A stretch of 64,000 bases of DNA from an uncultured Eubacteriales bacterium. GTDB lineage: Bacteria > Bacillota > Clostridia > Oscillospirales > CAG-272. Below the pieces are notes generated by a model that worked only from the letters and a program-made list of their open reading frames with translations, made no database searches and was not told where the DNA came from. The stretch spans positions 91,432-155,431 of the forward strand of contig CAKSAC010000002.1 in NCBI GenBank assembly GCA_934434925.1. The letters are read 5' to 3'. Both the position numbers and the translations under genes were made by a program. How positions within the stretch are numbered: the stretch's first letter is position 1; each line of letters begins with the position of its first letter. Below are positions 39,585 to 49,084 of the stretch, piece by piece.

Positions 39585-40322
39585 TCAGGCAAACAGCAAA
39601 AGTAAAAGCGGCAAAAAGACAGCGGGAATGAAGTTTGCCGTTCGGATTTTCGTGAGTCCCAACATGTTGAGGCCGATGGCCACAATGACGAGGGAGCCGG
39701 AACAGGTGAGCGCACCCATAACGGTTCCGGGCAGGTCTGAAAGGAAGAGAACGGACAACAAAGCGATACCGCCTTCATAGAGAAGAATCGGCAGAGCCGA
39801 CAAGGCGCATCCGATCCCGAGCGTGGTTGCCATGACCAGCGCCGTGATCCCGTCCAGCACCGCTTTGGAAAACAGAATTTCCGGCGTGCCGGTTCCCGTG
39901 TCCTGCATCGCGCCGAGAATCGCCATGGAGCCGACGCAAAAAAGGATGGTGCAATTGACAAACCCCGCAGAAACCGAACCCGACCCGGTCTGCGGATGTC
40001 TCTGCGCCAGCTTTCTTTCCGCAAAAGCACCGAGCCGGTTGATGGCACCGTCGATCCGGAGCAGTTCGCCGAGCAATCCGCCGAGCGCGACCGAAAAAAT
40101 GATGAACAACAATCCGTAATCGGCAAAAAGGGCGTTCCCGCCGCCGGTGAAGTCGGCATACCCGCCAAGCGCGCCGGAAATCCCGATAAAGACCACACAG
40201 AGCGCCACTCCGGAAAGCATGGTCGTCCGCACCCGCTCCGGGATTCCTTTTTTCATGAAAGAACCGACACCCGCACACAAAGCGACGGCTGCCGCGTTCA
40301 CGATGGTTCCGAGCATAAACAT
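39585..40322 (-). CDS. DUF554-family membrane protein
   Basis: N-terminus (MF)MLGTIVNAAAVALCAGVGS is typical of DUF554. The start is chosen at ATG 40322, but 40355 or 40316 are possible. Confidence 0.65.
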   Translation of the reverse strand: MFMLGTIVNAAAVALCAGVGSFMKKGIPERVRTTMLSGVALCVVFIGISGALGGYADFTGGGNALFADYGLLFIIFSVALGGLLGELLRIDGAINRLGAFAERKLAQRHPQTGSGSVSAGFVNCTILFCVGSMAILGAMQDTGTGTPEILFSKAVLDGITALVMATTLGIGCALSALPILLYEGGIALLSVLFLSDLPGTVMGALTCSGSLVIVAIGLNMLGLTKIRTANFIPAVFLPLLLLLFA

Positions 40323-40562
40323 GAATTTCACCTTTTCTTTTCCCGTTTTTTTCATGATAGCACACCGCCGCCGGAAAATCAAGGATATCCTGATGATAAA
40401 GCGTTCTGTTCGGATTCCGCGCCAAAAAATTTACAAACCGGCGACGTATGTCTGCCCCGCCGGCCTTGACTTTTCCGCAAATCCGCGGTATACTATATGG
40501 GTAACGCCGATGCCGCGGCCTTTGCCGGCCATGCGGTTTCCGCCTGATTTTCCGGAGGTTCC

Positions 40563-41693
40563 ATGAAAAAAAGAGTACTTTTTCTTCAAATATGTCTGCT
40601 GTTCGGCCTTTTGCTGGTCCTTGCCGCTTTGACCGCCTGCCATGACGACCCGGCAAACACAACGACCGCAACGCCCACCGTCACGACATACGCTCCCGTC
40701 ACCGTCACCACGACCTCCGTACCGAAGCCCGTTCAGCACCAGCCGAGTTTTTCAGAGCATAAGAACAGCGAAACGGGGAGAGTGGACTATTATACCGTCA
40801 GCGGCTATACCGGCAACAGCGGCCCGCTGGAAATCCCGAAAACTTATAATAAAATCCCCGTTCTGGCGATTGCGCCCGGTGCCTTCGCGGGCAGTACCAC
40901 ATTGCAACACGTGGTGTTTGAACCCGATGCCGATATCCGGGCGATCGGATACCGTGCCTTTGCGGAGTGCCACGCGCTGACCACTGTTACCATGAACGAT
41001 CATCTGCTGGTCATACAGGAACGTGCTTTTGAAAACTGCTCCGCTTTGCAATCGATCACCGTGCCGGACAGTGTGACCGGGATCGGCTTTGCGGCATTTT
41101 CCGGTTGCACGGCGCTTGTCAGGTTGCAGATACCGTTTGTCGGTATCTCCCGCATCGACGCCGGAACGAACACCGCAGATTCCACGGAAAAAAAGATCGA
41201 AGACCCTATTGAAAAGTACGCAAAAACATCGCTCCCGCTTCTTTCGGATTATTCGGGGCCGAACACGTTGTTCGGTTATATCTTCGGCGGACGGGAGTAT
41301 AACACCGCCCTGCCTGTCCCGGAGGAAACGACCCACCAGGGGCTTGAACGCACCATAGAGACCGCCGGCATCAAAATAACCTATCAGTACCGCTACGATA
41401 TTCCCCGGTCGCTCCGCCATGTGATTGTGACCGACACCGATACGCTGGTGCGGAACGCCTTTGCCGGATGTTCGCAGCTGGAAACGCTGGTCCTGCCGGC
41501 AGGGCTTAAAAATGTCGCCTCCGATGTATTTCTCGGTTGCCGTTCGCTTTCTGTTTTTTCCGAAAATACCGAAGCGGCCGTAGCCGCCTTCCGATGGGAT
41601 CCCGACTACAATCGGGAAGGAATACCGGTTTATTTCTCCCCTGCGTGGAGCAGGAACGACGAAAATATTCCGGTTCCGGTCCCCGCCGGCTGA
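40563..41693 (+). CDS. leucine-rich-repeat (BspA-type) lipoprotein
   Basis: 376 aa. Signal peptide with lipobox LTAC. Repeated a.AF..C..L..v.iP motifs. GGAGG RBS. Confidence 0.8.
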   Translation: MKKRVLFLQICLLFGLLLVLAALTACHDDPANTTTATPTVTTYAPVTVTTTSVPKPVQHQPSFSEHKNSETGRVDYYTVSGYTGNSGPLEIPKTYNKIPVLAIAPGAFAGSTTLQHVVFEPDADIRAIGYRAFAECHALTTVTMNDHLLVIQERAFENCSALQSITVPDSVTGIGFAAFSGCTALVRLQIPFVGISRIDAGTNTADSTEKKIEDPIEKYAKTSLPLLSDYSGPNTLFGYIFGGREYNTALPVPEETTHQGLERTIETAGIKITYQYRYDIPRSLRHVIVTDTDTLVRNAFAGCSQLETLVLPAGLKNVASDVFLGCRSLSVFSENTEAAVAAFRWDPDYNREGIPVYFSPAWSRNDENIPVPVPAG

Positions 41694-41756
41694 CGGCGCG
41701 AAGGAGAAATCTGGCCGACCGGCCGAGCGGTCTTCTGCCCCGCCGGCTGACGGCGC
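41681..41756. repeat. direct repeat, exact 19-mer duplicated 57 bp apart
   Basis: CCCCGCCGGCTGACGGCGC occurs at 41681-41699 (containing the LRR-lipoprotein stop TGA at 41691) and again at 41738-41756. Confidence 0.9.
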
Positions 41757-41782
41757 AAAACAAAAACCGCAAAATAAATAAG

Positions 41783-41814
41783 AAAAAAGATGGGTGGCTG
41801 CCCATCTTTTTCTC
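41783..41814. terminator. bidirectional terminator between the LRR lipoprotein gene and mecA
   Basis: AGAAAAA, then AGATGGG, loop, CCCATCT, then TTTTTCT. Confidence 0.65.
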
Positions 41815-41827
41815 TGCCGGCAATATT

Positions 41828-42526
41828 TCAGTCCGGATCGGCTCCCGCTTTTCCGCTCTTGCGCGGGGTCGCCCCGGCGGAGATTGTACTTTCCCCTTTT
41901 CTCTCCGCGCCCCTTCTTTTTCTCCCTGTGCTTCCGGCTTCCTCGGGGGCGAGAGCCGCCAGCCGTTCCACCGCCCGGAATTCCTCCAGGCAAACGCCGT
42001 GTTCCCGCAAAAAAGCCAGCCGCACACTGCCGTTTCGCCGGACTCCGTACTCTTCCGGAAAAGAATATTCGCTGATTGCGTTGGCGGCCAGAATGCTGTT
42101 GTGCAGTTTTTCCCGGATGACAAGATAATAACCGCCCTCTTGCGAGTAGGCGGCGCTCTCGTCGCGATAGCCGGTGAGCAACAACCGCCTGCACACGTCG
42201 ATCAGCAGATTCAGCGTGGAAAACCGATATATGCTCATCGCGCCCCGCGTCAAGGTAACCGGCGCGCCTTCGCTTTGCTCTGCGTCCAGTTTTGTCACAT
42301 ACATCTCGCATCCTCCCCCTCTTGCCGGATATACCTGCACAAATATTTTTTCCCCGCCGGCATCAAACCCCGTTTTGTGCTTCGCTTCGTCAAGAATCTG
42401 CCAGACGGCGCTCCTGGTTTCGGTGTTATCGTAATCCATGTTGTCACTGTCCAGACTGTATCTTTCCATGTCTTCCGAAGAGAGCGTGACTTTCAGTTTG
42501 CTCTCCCCTATCCGCAACAGTTCCAT
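41828..42526 (-). CDS. mecA: adaptor protein MecA-like
   Basis: ORF trimmed to ATG 42526 (GGAGGAG RBS), 232 aa. The N-terminal MELLRIGESKLKVTLSSEDMERYSL pattern matches the clostridial MecA family. Confidence 0.6.
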   Translation of the reverse strand: MELLRIGESKLKVTLSSEDMERYSLDSDNMDYDNTETRSAVWQILDEAKHKTGFDAGGEKIFVQVYPARGGGCEMYVTKLDAEQSEGAPVTLTRGAMSIYRFSTLNLLIDVCRRLLLTGYRDESAAYSQEGGYYLVIREKLHNSILAANAISEYSFPEEYGVRRNGSVRLAFLREHGVCLEEFRAVERLAALAPEEAGSTGRKRRGAERKGESTISAGATPRKSGKAGADPD

Positions 42527-42614
42527 ATGTATCTCCTCCGCGGTATCGTTCCTTTCCATTATACGCGCCGGGAGAAAGAAAAGAAACCGCCAATTCCTGT
42601 CCTTTTTTGCAGGA

Positions 42615-42658
42615 AAAGTAAAAAAGGGCCCCGGAACGGCAAGTACTGCCCCGGGGAC
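42615..42658 (-). terminator. intrinsic terminator after cysS
   Basis: On the minus strand: a long imperfect hairpin (CCCCGG..GGCA / TGCC..CCGGGG) followed by CCCTTTTTTAC. Confidence 0.7.
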
Positions 42659-42683
42659 TTGAATTTACCATGTATTTTTGCGG

Positions 42684-42750
42684 GTTTCCGGTTTTCGGAA
42701 AAACGGTTCCGGTTTCCGGAAAAACGGTTTCGTCATTTCCGGAAGAAAAA
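42684..42750. repeat. tandem repeat, ~21-22-bp unit x 3 (each unit internally near-palindromic)
   Basis: GTTTCCGGTTTTCGGAAAAACG / GTTCCGGTTTCCGGAAAAACG / GTTTCGTCATTTCCGGAAGAAAAA. It lies immediately downstream of the cysS stop (minus strand) and before terminator 42615-42658. Confidence 0.8.
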
Positions 42751-42751
42751 A

Positions 42752-44164
42752 TCAGGCGTCCTGAATCGTGTATTTCGTTCCTTGCGGAGTATCCTGTAAA
42801 ACCACCCCGCGGGAAAGGAGTTCCGCGCGGATCCGGTCGGCCTCCGCATAATCCTTCGCCTTTTTCGCGGCTGCACGGGCGGCGATCTGCTCCTCGATGT
42901 ACGCCGTCAACCCGTCGTCCTTGCGTTTCGGCTTGACAAACCCGAAGAGTTCGGTCAGTTCGCAAAGAACCGCCCGGCCGGCCAGCGCGGCACCGCGCGA
43001 AAGATTGCCCGTTCCGACCGCCTTGTTCAAAAGGCTGACAAGATCGAAGAGCGCGGCCACACCGGCACCGGTATTGAAATCGTCATCCATGGCTTCGGTC
43101 AATGCGTTCCGGCAGGCGTTGAAAGAGGCGACCAGTTCTTCTTCTTCAGGGCGGACGGCTTCATCCGTCACATTGCCGATATAGAAGTCAAGCGCGTCCG
43201 CACAGTTGAAAATGCGTTCAAGCGCCGCGGCCGCCTGCTCGATCACTTCCCGGGAGAAGTTGATGGGGCTGCGGTAATGAGAAGAAAGAATGAAATAGCG
43301 AATCGGCAGATACCCGTATTGCTCCGCAATTTCCCGCACGGTAAAAAAGTTGCCGAGCGATTTGGACATCTTGCGGTTATCCACATTGATATACCCGTTG
43401 TGCATCCAGTAATGCGCAAACGGAACCCCGTTGCAGCACTCGGACTGGGCGATCTCGTTTTCATGGTGCGGGAAGATGAGGTCCTGCCCGCCGCAGTGAA
43501 TATCGATGGTATCGCCGAGATAGCGTTTGACCATCGCCGAGCACTCGATGTGCCAGCCGGGGCGGCCGTCTCCCCACGGGGAAGGCCAGGCGGGTTCGCC
43601 CGGTTTTGCCGCCTTCCAAAGGGCGAAGTCCAGCGGATCCTCTTTCTGATCGTTCACATCGATCCGCGCGCCGGATTCCAGGTCTTCAATCGCCTGGCCG
43701 GAAAGTTTCCCGTAATCATGAAAACGGCGGGTGCGGAAATATACATCCCCGTTTTTCGGATAGGCGTATCCGCGCTCGATCAGGGTAGAGACGATCTGCA
43801 GAATCATGTCAATGTTATCCGTGGCCAGCGGGTGAACCGTGGCCGGACGAATGCCCAGCCCTTGCGCGTCCGTGAAATATTCTTTTATATAGCGGGCGGC
43901 AATATCGCCGTATTGAACGCCTTCTTCATTGGCGCGCCGGATCACCTTATCGTCAATATCCGTGAAATTCTGAACAAACTTCACTTCATATCCGCGGTAT
44001 TCAAAGTATCGGCGGAGCATATCAAAAAGCACGAAACAGCGCGCGTTCCCGACATGGAAAAAATTGTAGACCGTCGGGCCGCAGGCGTACATGCGCACCT
44101 TGCCCTCTTCAATCGGTACAAACGGCTCTTTTTTGGCGGTAAGCGTGTTATAAAGCTGTATCAT
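42752..44164 (-). CDS. cysS: cysteine--tRNA ligase
   Basis: 470 aa from ATG 44164 (the ORF-track start at 44176 is a GTG). Motifs [15 protein letters not shown] and KMSKS. Confidence 0.95.
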   Translation of the reverse strand: MIQLYNTLTAKKEPFVPIEEGKVRMYACGPTVYNFFHVGNARCFVLFDMLRRYFEYRGYEVKFVQNFTDIDDKVIRRANEEGVQYGDIAARYIKEYFTDAQGLGIRPATVHPLATDNIDMILQIVSTLIERGYAYPKNGDVYFRTRRFHDYGKLSGQAIEDLESGARIDVNDQKEDPLDFALWKAAKPGEPAWPSPWGDGRPGWHIECSAMVKRYLGDTIDIHCGGQDLIFPHHENEIAQSECCNGVPFAHYWMHNGYINVDNRKMSKSLGNFFTVREIAEQYGYLPIRYFILSSHYRSPINFSREVIEQAAAALERIFNCADALDFYIGNVTDEAVRPEEEELVASFNACRNALTEAMDDDFNTGAGVAALFDLVSLLNKAVGTGNLSRGAALAGRAVLCELTELFGFVKPKRKDDGLTAYIEEQIAARAAAKKAKDYAEADRIRAELLSRGVVLQDTPQGTKYTIQDA

Positions 44165-44212
44165 GAAAGACTGCACCTCGCAAAAATTAATTACGAAATG
44201 ATTATATATGAT

Positions 44213-44599
44213 TCAGTGCATTTTGTCAAGCGGATTCGCCCTTTTTCCGTGAACTTTGCGCGTCAGCAGCGCGTAAACCCCGCCGGCAATCAGGAAGAGG
44301 CCGAGCAGGATGCGGGCCGCCTCCGGAGATACCAACAGGGTAAAAAACGCCCCTGCCGCCGTGCCGGCTGTGCCGGCCGTGAGCAGAACCGGCAAACAGG
44401 CCTGCGGCAATCTCCCGCGCCGCAGATTGAGCCAGGAGGAAGAGAGCGTCGCCAAGACGAAAAAAAGAAGATTGACCCCCTGCGCCTCGTATTGTCCAAG
44501 CCCGCCGTCGGTCGTCAGGAAAAGAAGATAGAATCCCCCGCTGCCGACCCCCAGCCCGGCCAGCACCGCCGAACCGAAAACAATCAGAATTTCTTTCAT
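44213..44599 (-). CDS. TauE/SafE-family half-size membrane protein (C-terminal-repeat type)
   Basis: 128 aa from ATG 44599 (MKEILIVFGSAVLAGLGVGSGG), about 4 TM segments. ATGA overlap with the preceding half-gene. Confidence 0.6.
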   Translation of the reverse strand: MKEILIVFGSAVLAGLGVGSGGFYLLFLTTDGGLGQYEAQGVNLLFFVLATLSSSWLNLRRGRLPQACLPVLLTAGTAGTAAGAFFTLLVSPEAARILLGLFLIAGGVYALLTRKVHGKRANPLDKMH

Positions 44600-44973
44600 A
44601 AGAGTAACCGTATGCCCGAATAGATGACCAGCGCGGAAAAAAGAAAACGCAAAAAGTCCGTTCCGATACGGCCGAGCAGGAGCGCGCCGGCCGCCCCGCC
44701 GACAATCGCCGGCATAAAAACCGTTTTTGTCGCAGAAAGCGATATCTTTCCCATAAAAATGTAAAGTATCATTGACAAAATTGAAAAAACAAGTACACAT
44801 GCGGTCGAAAGAGAAAAAACTTCCTTGTCACGCCCCGGCATCAGTTTCCCGAGGGCGAGAATCAGGACCGTCCCGCCACCGGTTCCCAAAAAACCGTTGA
44901 GCAATCCCGAAAGAAGGCCGACGGACGCCAGCGCCCATCGTGAAGGATTTCCCACTTTTTCCTGTATTTCCAT
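44596..44973 (-). CDS. TauE/SafE-family half-size membrane protein (N-terminal-repeat type)
   Basis: 125 aa from ATG 44973, about 4 TM segments. LLSGLLNGFLGTGGGTVLILAL matches the TauE/DUF81 first-helix motif. Confidence 0.6.
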   Translation of the reverse strand: MEIQEKVGNPSRWALASVGLLSGLLNGFLGTGGGTVLILALGKLMPGRDKEVFSLSTACVLVFSILSMILYIFMGKISLSATKTVFMPAIVGGAAGALLLGRIGTDFLRFLFSALVIYSGIRLLL

Positions 44974-45033
44974 AATATTAACCCTTATTTTTTTACTATA
45001 TTGAAATTTTCCGGTAAAAATAGACGTGCGGGC

Positions 45034-45062
45034 TTGTAATCGCACTGAAAATTTGCTATTAT
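45034..45062 (+). promoter_or_regulatory. candidate promoter of ftsK
   Basis: TTGTAA, 17 nt, TATTAT, about 100 nt upstream of ATG 45164. Confidence 0.4.
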
Positions 45063-45163
45063 TAGATTGAGATATTATCATGTGTTTATCCGTTTTTTTT
45101 ATTTCCGCGGGAAAACACATGCGATGGATTCCGCAGGAACGGAAGAAGGACGGAAGGAGAGTT

Positions 45164-48100
45164 ATGCAATCGTTTTTCACAAGACTGATCAAAAACCCGA
45201 ACCGAAAAAAAGGGTCTGCCCCGCGCACACACAAAGAGCGGGAAGAATTGGCCGCACGCCGGCGTGCGGCGCGGCGTGACCCGGACAGCCGCCTCAATAT
45301 CGCCATGCCCTACATATGGATATGTCTGTCCATTTTTGTCGGATTTTGTCTTTATACCGGCCAGGGCGGGATGCTGGGAGACGGTTTCCGCTGGCTTTTT
45401 CTCGGCCTTTTTTCCTACATCGCTTATGCATTGCCCTTTTTCATGATTCTTCTCGGAATCTTCTGGCGGCGCGGGATTGCGAACGGAACCGTTTACCGGC
45501 ATATGGCGCTCTTTTTTGTCGCGACCCTTATGCTCCTTTCCCTGCTCTACACGCTCTCTCTCCCCGCCGATGTCCTGCACGGGATCACCCCGAAAGAAGA
45601 AGTTCTGCTCGATCTCGGCTCCTATTTCGATTTTTCCGCTCCGCGCGCTGCAGGCGGCGGGGCATTCGGCGCGCTGATCGGCTGGATTCTTTATCGTCTG
45701 ATCGGCCCCGTCGGCTCGATTCTCCTGGCTTCTCTGGCGGTACTGCTCTACGGAATCTTCGCATTCGGTTTCAGCCCGGATGCCATCTTCCGGTCTTTCT
45801 TTGCGTCTTTGCGTGAAAAACGGCAGAAAAAACAAGAGGCGGAAGAGCCGCTCCCCGTTATGGAAAGCGAGGCGTTTCCGGAACGTGATAGCCGACCGCA
45901 ATCGTCCGGCAACGCGTCCGGCGGATCGCGGCTGACCCTTTTCGGCCGGAAGAAGAAACCGGATATACCCGCTTTCCCCGAGACCGGAACCGCCCCCGCC
46001 CGTGAACCGGAGCCGTCCGACCGCTCCGCCCAGGCGTACCGCGACGAACCGAAACGCGCCCTCAAAAACGAAGAACCCCTTCCGGCAAACGACCGGCAAT
46101 CCCGGGGGGAATCACCCCTGTTGGACTTTTCCTCTCCCTTGCAACAGAACCGACCGGAAAGCAACCGCAAACACCGCCGCTTTGCCGAACTCTTTGATGA
46201 AACTGCGCAAAGCCCTGCCAAATCCGGCCGGACGCGCAAAGACGATCCCTCTCTGTTTTCCTCCACGCCGCTGGACTATACCAGCCCAGAAGATGCCCGC
46301 GCATATAAAGTGAAAAGAGTGCGTGAAAAACTGCGCAACCGCGAAGGCGTGCTTTCCTATTCCGCGTCCGATCTGATGGCGCGGCAGCACATCGCCCCGA
46401 TCCTTGGCGAGAAAGCCGCGGCGGAACCTGACCGGAACGGGAACGGCGCATCGGTTGACGCGGGGCATGCAGCGCCATCCCCTTCCCCCGCCGAAATTCC
46501 GGTCGCCGATCGGGAAGAAGCCTCCGCCCCCTTCCGGAATGTGGAAGACTTCCGCCGGGTCACGGTCAGCGAACCCGTTTGTGTGCGCCGTGCGCCGCAA
46601 AAACCCTTCGCCGCCGATACCCGGATTTCTCCGCCCTCCTCTGCCTCCGGGCAGGAAACGTCTCCGGCCTCGCCGGCCGATACGCAAACCGAAACGCCGG
46701 TCCGCATGACCGAAAGCGTTATGGAACGCGCGTCCTCGGCCTTCGCCGCGCCTGGTGGTCATACGATGGCCGCCTCCGTTCCCGAAAAACCGAAAAAGCC
46801 GGCCATTCGATATGAATATCCGCCCGTCAGCCTGCTCCACGTACCGAATCTGGAAGCCGAAGGGGATGTGCAGGAAGAGATCCGGAAAAATTCCGAAACG
46901 CTTGTGCAGGTCATGGAAAGTTTCGGAATTCCCATCCGTATCACCGGATATTCGCGCGGACCGCGTATCACCCGGTACGAATTCATTCAGAAAGAGGGTA
47001 TCCGCGTCGGACGTATCGCCTCTTTTGAAGACGATATTACGCAAAAACTGAGCACACAGGGCGTTCGTATAGAAGCCCCGATTCCCAACAAATCCTCCAT
47101 CGGTGTGGAAGTACCGAACCGCCAGTCAAGCCTTGTGCGGATCCGCTCTTTGCTGGATACCGATGCTTTCCGGAATGCGTCCTCCAAAACGACGGTAGCC
47201 ATCGGCTGTGATATTGCGGGAACGCCGGTCTTCTTCGATATTGCCAAAGCGCCACACATGTTGATCGCGGGGGCTACCGGCATGGGGAAATCCGTCTGTA
47301 TCAATTCCCTGCTGATCAGTTTGCTGTACAAGGCTACGCCCGATGAAGTAAAACTGATTCTGGTTGACCCGAAAAAGGTCGAATTCAATATCTATGCCAA
47401 AATTCCTCATCTGCTTGTTCCGGTCGTGACAGACCCGACAAAAGCCGCCGGCGCACTGAACTGGGCCGTGGCCGAAATGGACCGCCGCTATGATCTGATT
47501 GAGGCGGCCGGGGTGCGTGACATCAACAGTTACAACAAGTCCTGCGATACGGAAGGGCAGGAAAAGCTCTCCAAAATCGTCATTGTCATTGACGAGCTGA
47601 ACGAGCTGCTGATGATGTCTTCCCGCAAGACCGTGGAAGCCGCGATCTGCCGTATCGCCCAAAAGGCGCGTGCCGCCGGGATTCACCTGATTATCGGTAC
47701 GCAACGCCCGTCCGTCAAGGTCATCACCGGCGATATCAAAGCCAATATCCCCGCCCGGATTGCCTTCCGCGTCAACCAGCAGGTGGACTCGCGCACCATC
47801 CTCGATATGGCGGGGGCGGAACGCCTCCTGCCCCACGGCGATATGCTCTTTTCTCCCGCCGGAATTCCCATCCGTGTGCAAGGGGCTTTTGTGGAGGACG
47901 ACGAGGTCAAGCAAGTCACCTCTTTTCTGCGTGACCGGTTCGGTGAAGCGGTCTTTGACGACAACATCCTGGCCGGGATTGAAAAGGAAGCCGCAAAATG
48001 CGCCCAGCATAACGGCGATGATGAAGACGAGGATGATGAAGACATCAATTTTGAGGGAATCATGAGCGATCCCAAATTCAAAAAGGCGCTCTCGGTCGCG

Positions 48101-48295
48101 TTTGCAAGCGGCTCGATTTCCACTTCGATGCTCCAGCGCCGGATCGGTGTCGGATTCGGCCGCGGTTCCCGTATCATTGACGCGATGTGCGACATGGGGA
48201 TCGTCGGAGAATCGCTCGGCGGCGCGCGCGGGCGCGAAGTCATCATGACCCGTGCCGAATATGAAGAAAAGTTCGGCGATTTTGTAGACGATTGA
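45164..48295 (+). CDS. ftsK: DNA translocase FtsK/SpoIIIE
   Basis: ORF trimmed to ATG 45164 (GGAAGGAGAG RBS), 1043 aa. N-terminal TM segments, a long Pro/Ser/Ala/Glu-rich linker, Walker A GATGMGKS and a C-terminal gamma domain. Confidence 0.92.
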   Translation: MQSFFTRLIKNPNRKKGSAPRTHKEREELAARRRAARRDPDSRLNIAMPYIWICLSIFVGFCLYTGQGGMLGDGFRWLFLGLFSYIAYALPFFMILLGIFWRRGIANGTVYRHMALFFVATLMLLSLLYTLSLPADVLHGITPKEEVLLDLGSYFDFSAPRAAGGGAFGALIGWILYRLIGPVGSILLASLAVLLYGIFAFGFSPDAIFRSFFASLREKRQKKQEAEEPLPVMESEAFPERDSRPQSSGNASGGSRLTLFGRKKKPDIPAFPETGTAPAREPEPSDRSAQAYRDEPKRALKNEEPLPANDRQSRGESPLLDFSSPLQQNRPESNRKHRRFAELFDETAQSPAKSGRTRKDDPSLFSSTPLDYTSPEDARAYKVKRVREKLRNREGVLSYSASDLMARQHIAPILGEKAAAEPDRNGNGASVDAGHAAPSPSPAEIPVADREEASAPFRNVEDFRRVTVSEPVCVRRAPQKPFAADTRISPPSSASGQETSPASPADTQTETPVRMTESVMERASSAFAAPGGHTMAASVPEKPKKPAIRYEYPPVSLLHVPNLEAEGDVQEEIRKNSETLVQVMESFGIPIRITGYSRGPRITRYEFIQKEGIRVGRIASFEDDITQKLSTQGVRIEAPIPNKSSIGVEVPNRQSSLVRIRSLLDTDAFRNASSKTTVAIGCDIAGTPVFFDIAKAPHMLIAGATGMGKSVCINSLLISLLYKATPDEVKLILVDPKKVEFNIYAKIPHLLVPVVTDPTKAAGALNWAVAEMDRRYDLIEAAGVRDINSYNKSCDTEGQEKLSKIVIVIDELNELLMMSSRKTVEAAICRIAQKARAAGIHLIIGTQRPSVKVITGDIKANIPARIAFRVNQQVDSRTILDMAGAERLLPHGDMLFSPAGIPIRVQGAFVEDDEVKQVTSFLRDRFGEAVFDDNILAGIEKEAAKCAQHNGDDEDEDDEDINFEGIMSDPKFKKALSVAFASGSISTSMLQRRIGVGFGRGSRIIDAMCDMGIVGESLGGARGREVIMTRAEYEEKFGDFVDD

Positions 48296-48315
48296 CGAAA
48301 AAACGCCCGGAAAAT

Positions 48316-48456
48316 GCCCCGGCAAAACTATGCCCCGAAAGCCGGGCGGCCGGGCAAAAAGCAAAACACGCGGCACCACCATGCCCTGAAAACCGGCGGC
48401 CGGGCAAAAAGTAACCCCCGGCAAAACTATGCCCTGAAAACCGGCGGCCGGCAAAG
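48316..48456. repeat. tandem repeat, ~50-bp unit x ~3
   Basis: The core ATGCCC(C/T)GAAA(G/A)CCGG(G)CGGCCGGGCAAAAAG occurs at 48330, 48381 and 48429. It lies between the ftsK stop and the DJ-1 start. Confidence 0.85.
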
Positions 48457-48523
48457 TGCGGGCGGCGAACCGTTCCGCCGCGGGGCCGACCCGCGGATTT
48501 ATGAATAAAGAGAGGTAAAAACT

Positions 48524-49084
48524 ATGATCTATGTTTTGTTGGCAGACGGCTGTGAAGAGATTGAGGCGCTGACCCCGGTCGATATTCTCCGCAGAGGCGG
48601 GTGCGAAGTGCGCACCGTCGGGATCACCGGTTCCCGGGTGACCGGTTCACACGGTATCCGGATCTGCGCGGATATACTGCCGGACGAAGCGGTTGACCCT
48701 ATTGATCTTTTGATCCTTCCGGGCGGAATCCCCGGGGCCGACCATCTGGACGCTTCCCCGGATACCGAACGGCTGATCCGGAGGACGCTTGACGAAGGCG
48801 GGCGGCTGGCCGCCATTTGCGCCGCTCCTTACATTCTCGGCAAGCGCGGGCTGCTGTCCGGCAAAAAGGCCACTTGCTATCCGAGCGAAAAATTCCGTTC
48901 GCAACTGGCCGGGGCCGAAATCTGTGACTGCCCCGTGGTGACAGACGGTCACATAACCACCGGCGCGGGCATGGGAGCCGCCTTTGCCTTTTCGGTCGAA
49001 CTGCTTTCCCTGATGGCGGGGAAAGAGATTGCGGACAAGATCGCCACGGGCGCGCTGATCGGACCGGCCTGTAAAGAACCGTGA
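48524..49084 (+). CDS. DJ-1/PfpI-family protein
   Basis: 186 aa with the nucleophile-elbow motif AAICAAP. AGAGAGG RBS. Confidence 0.85.
   Translation: MIYVLLADGCEEIEALTPVDILRRGGCEVRTVGITGSRVTGSHGIRICADILPDEAVDPIDLLILPGGIPGADHLDASPDTERLIRRTLDEGGRLAAICAAPYILGKRGLLSGKKATCYPSEKFRSQLAGAEICDCPVVTDGHITTGAGMGAAFAFSVELLSLMAGKEIADKIATGALIGPACKEP

Noticed and set aside
44165-44212. Expected T-box leaders upstream of cysS, and upstream of proS at 59136-59178.
   Set aside because: The available leaders are only about 48 nt and 40 nt, far too short for a T-box (over 180 nt). No specifier or T-box sequence is seen.
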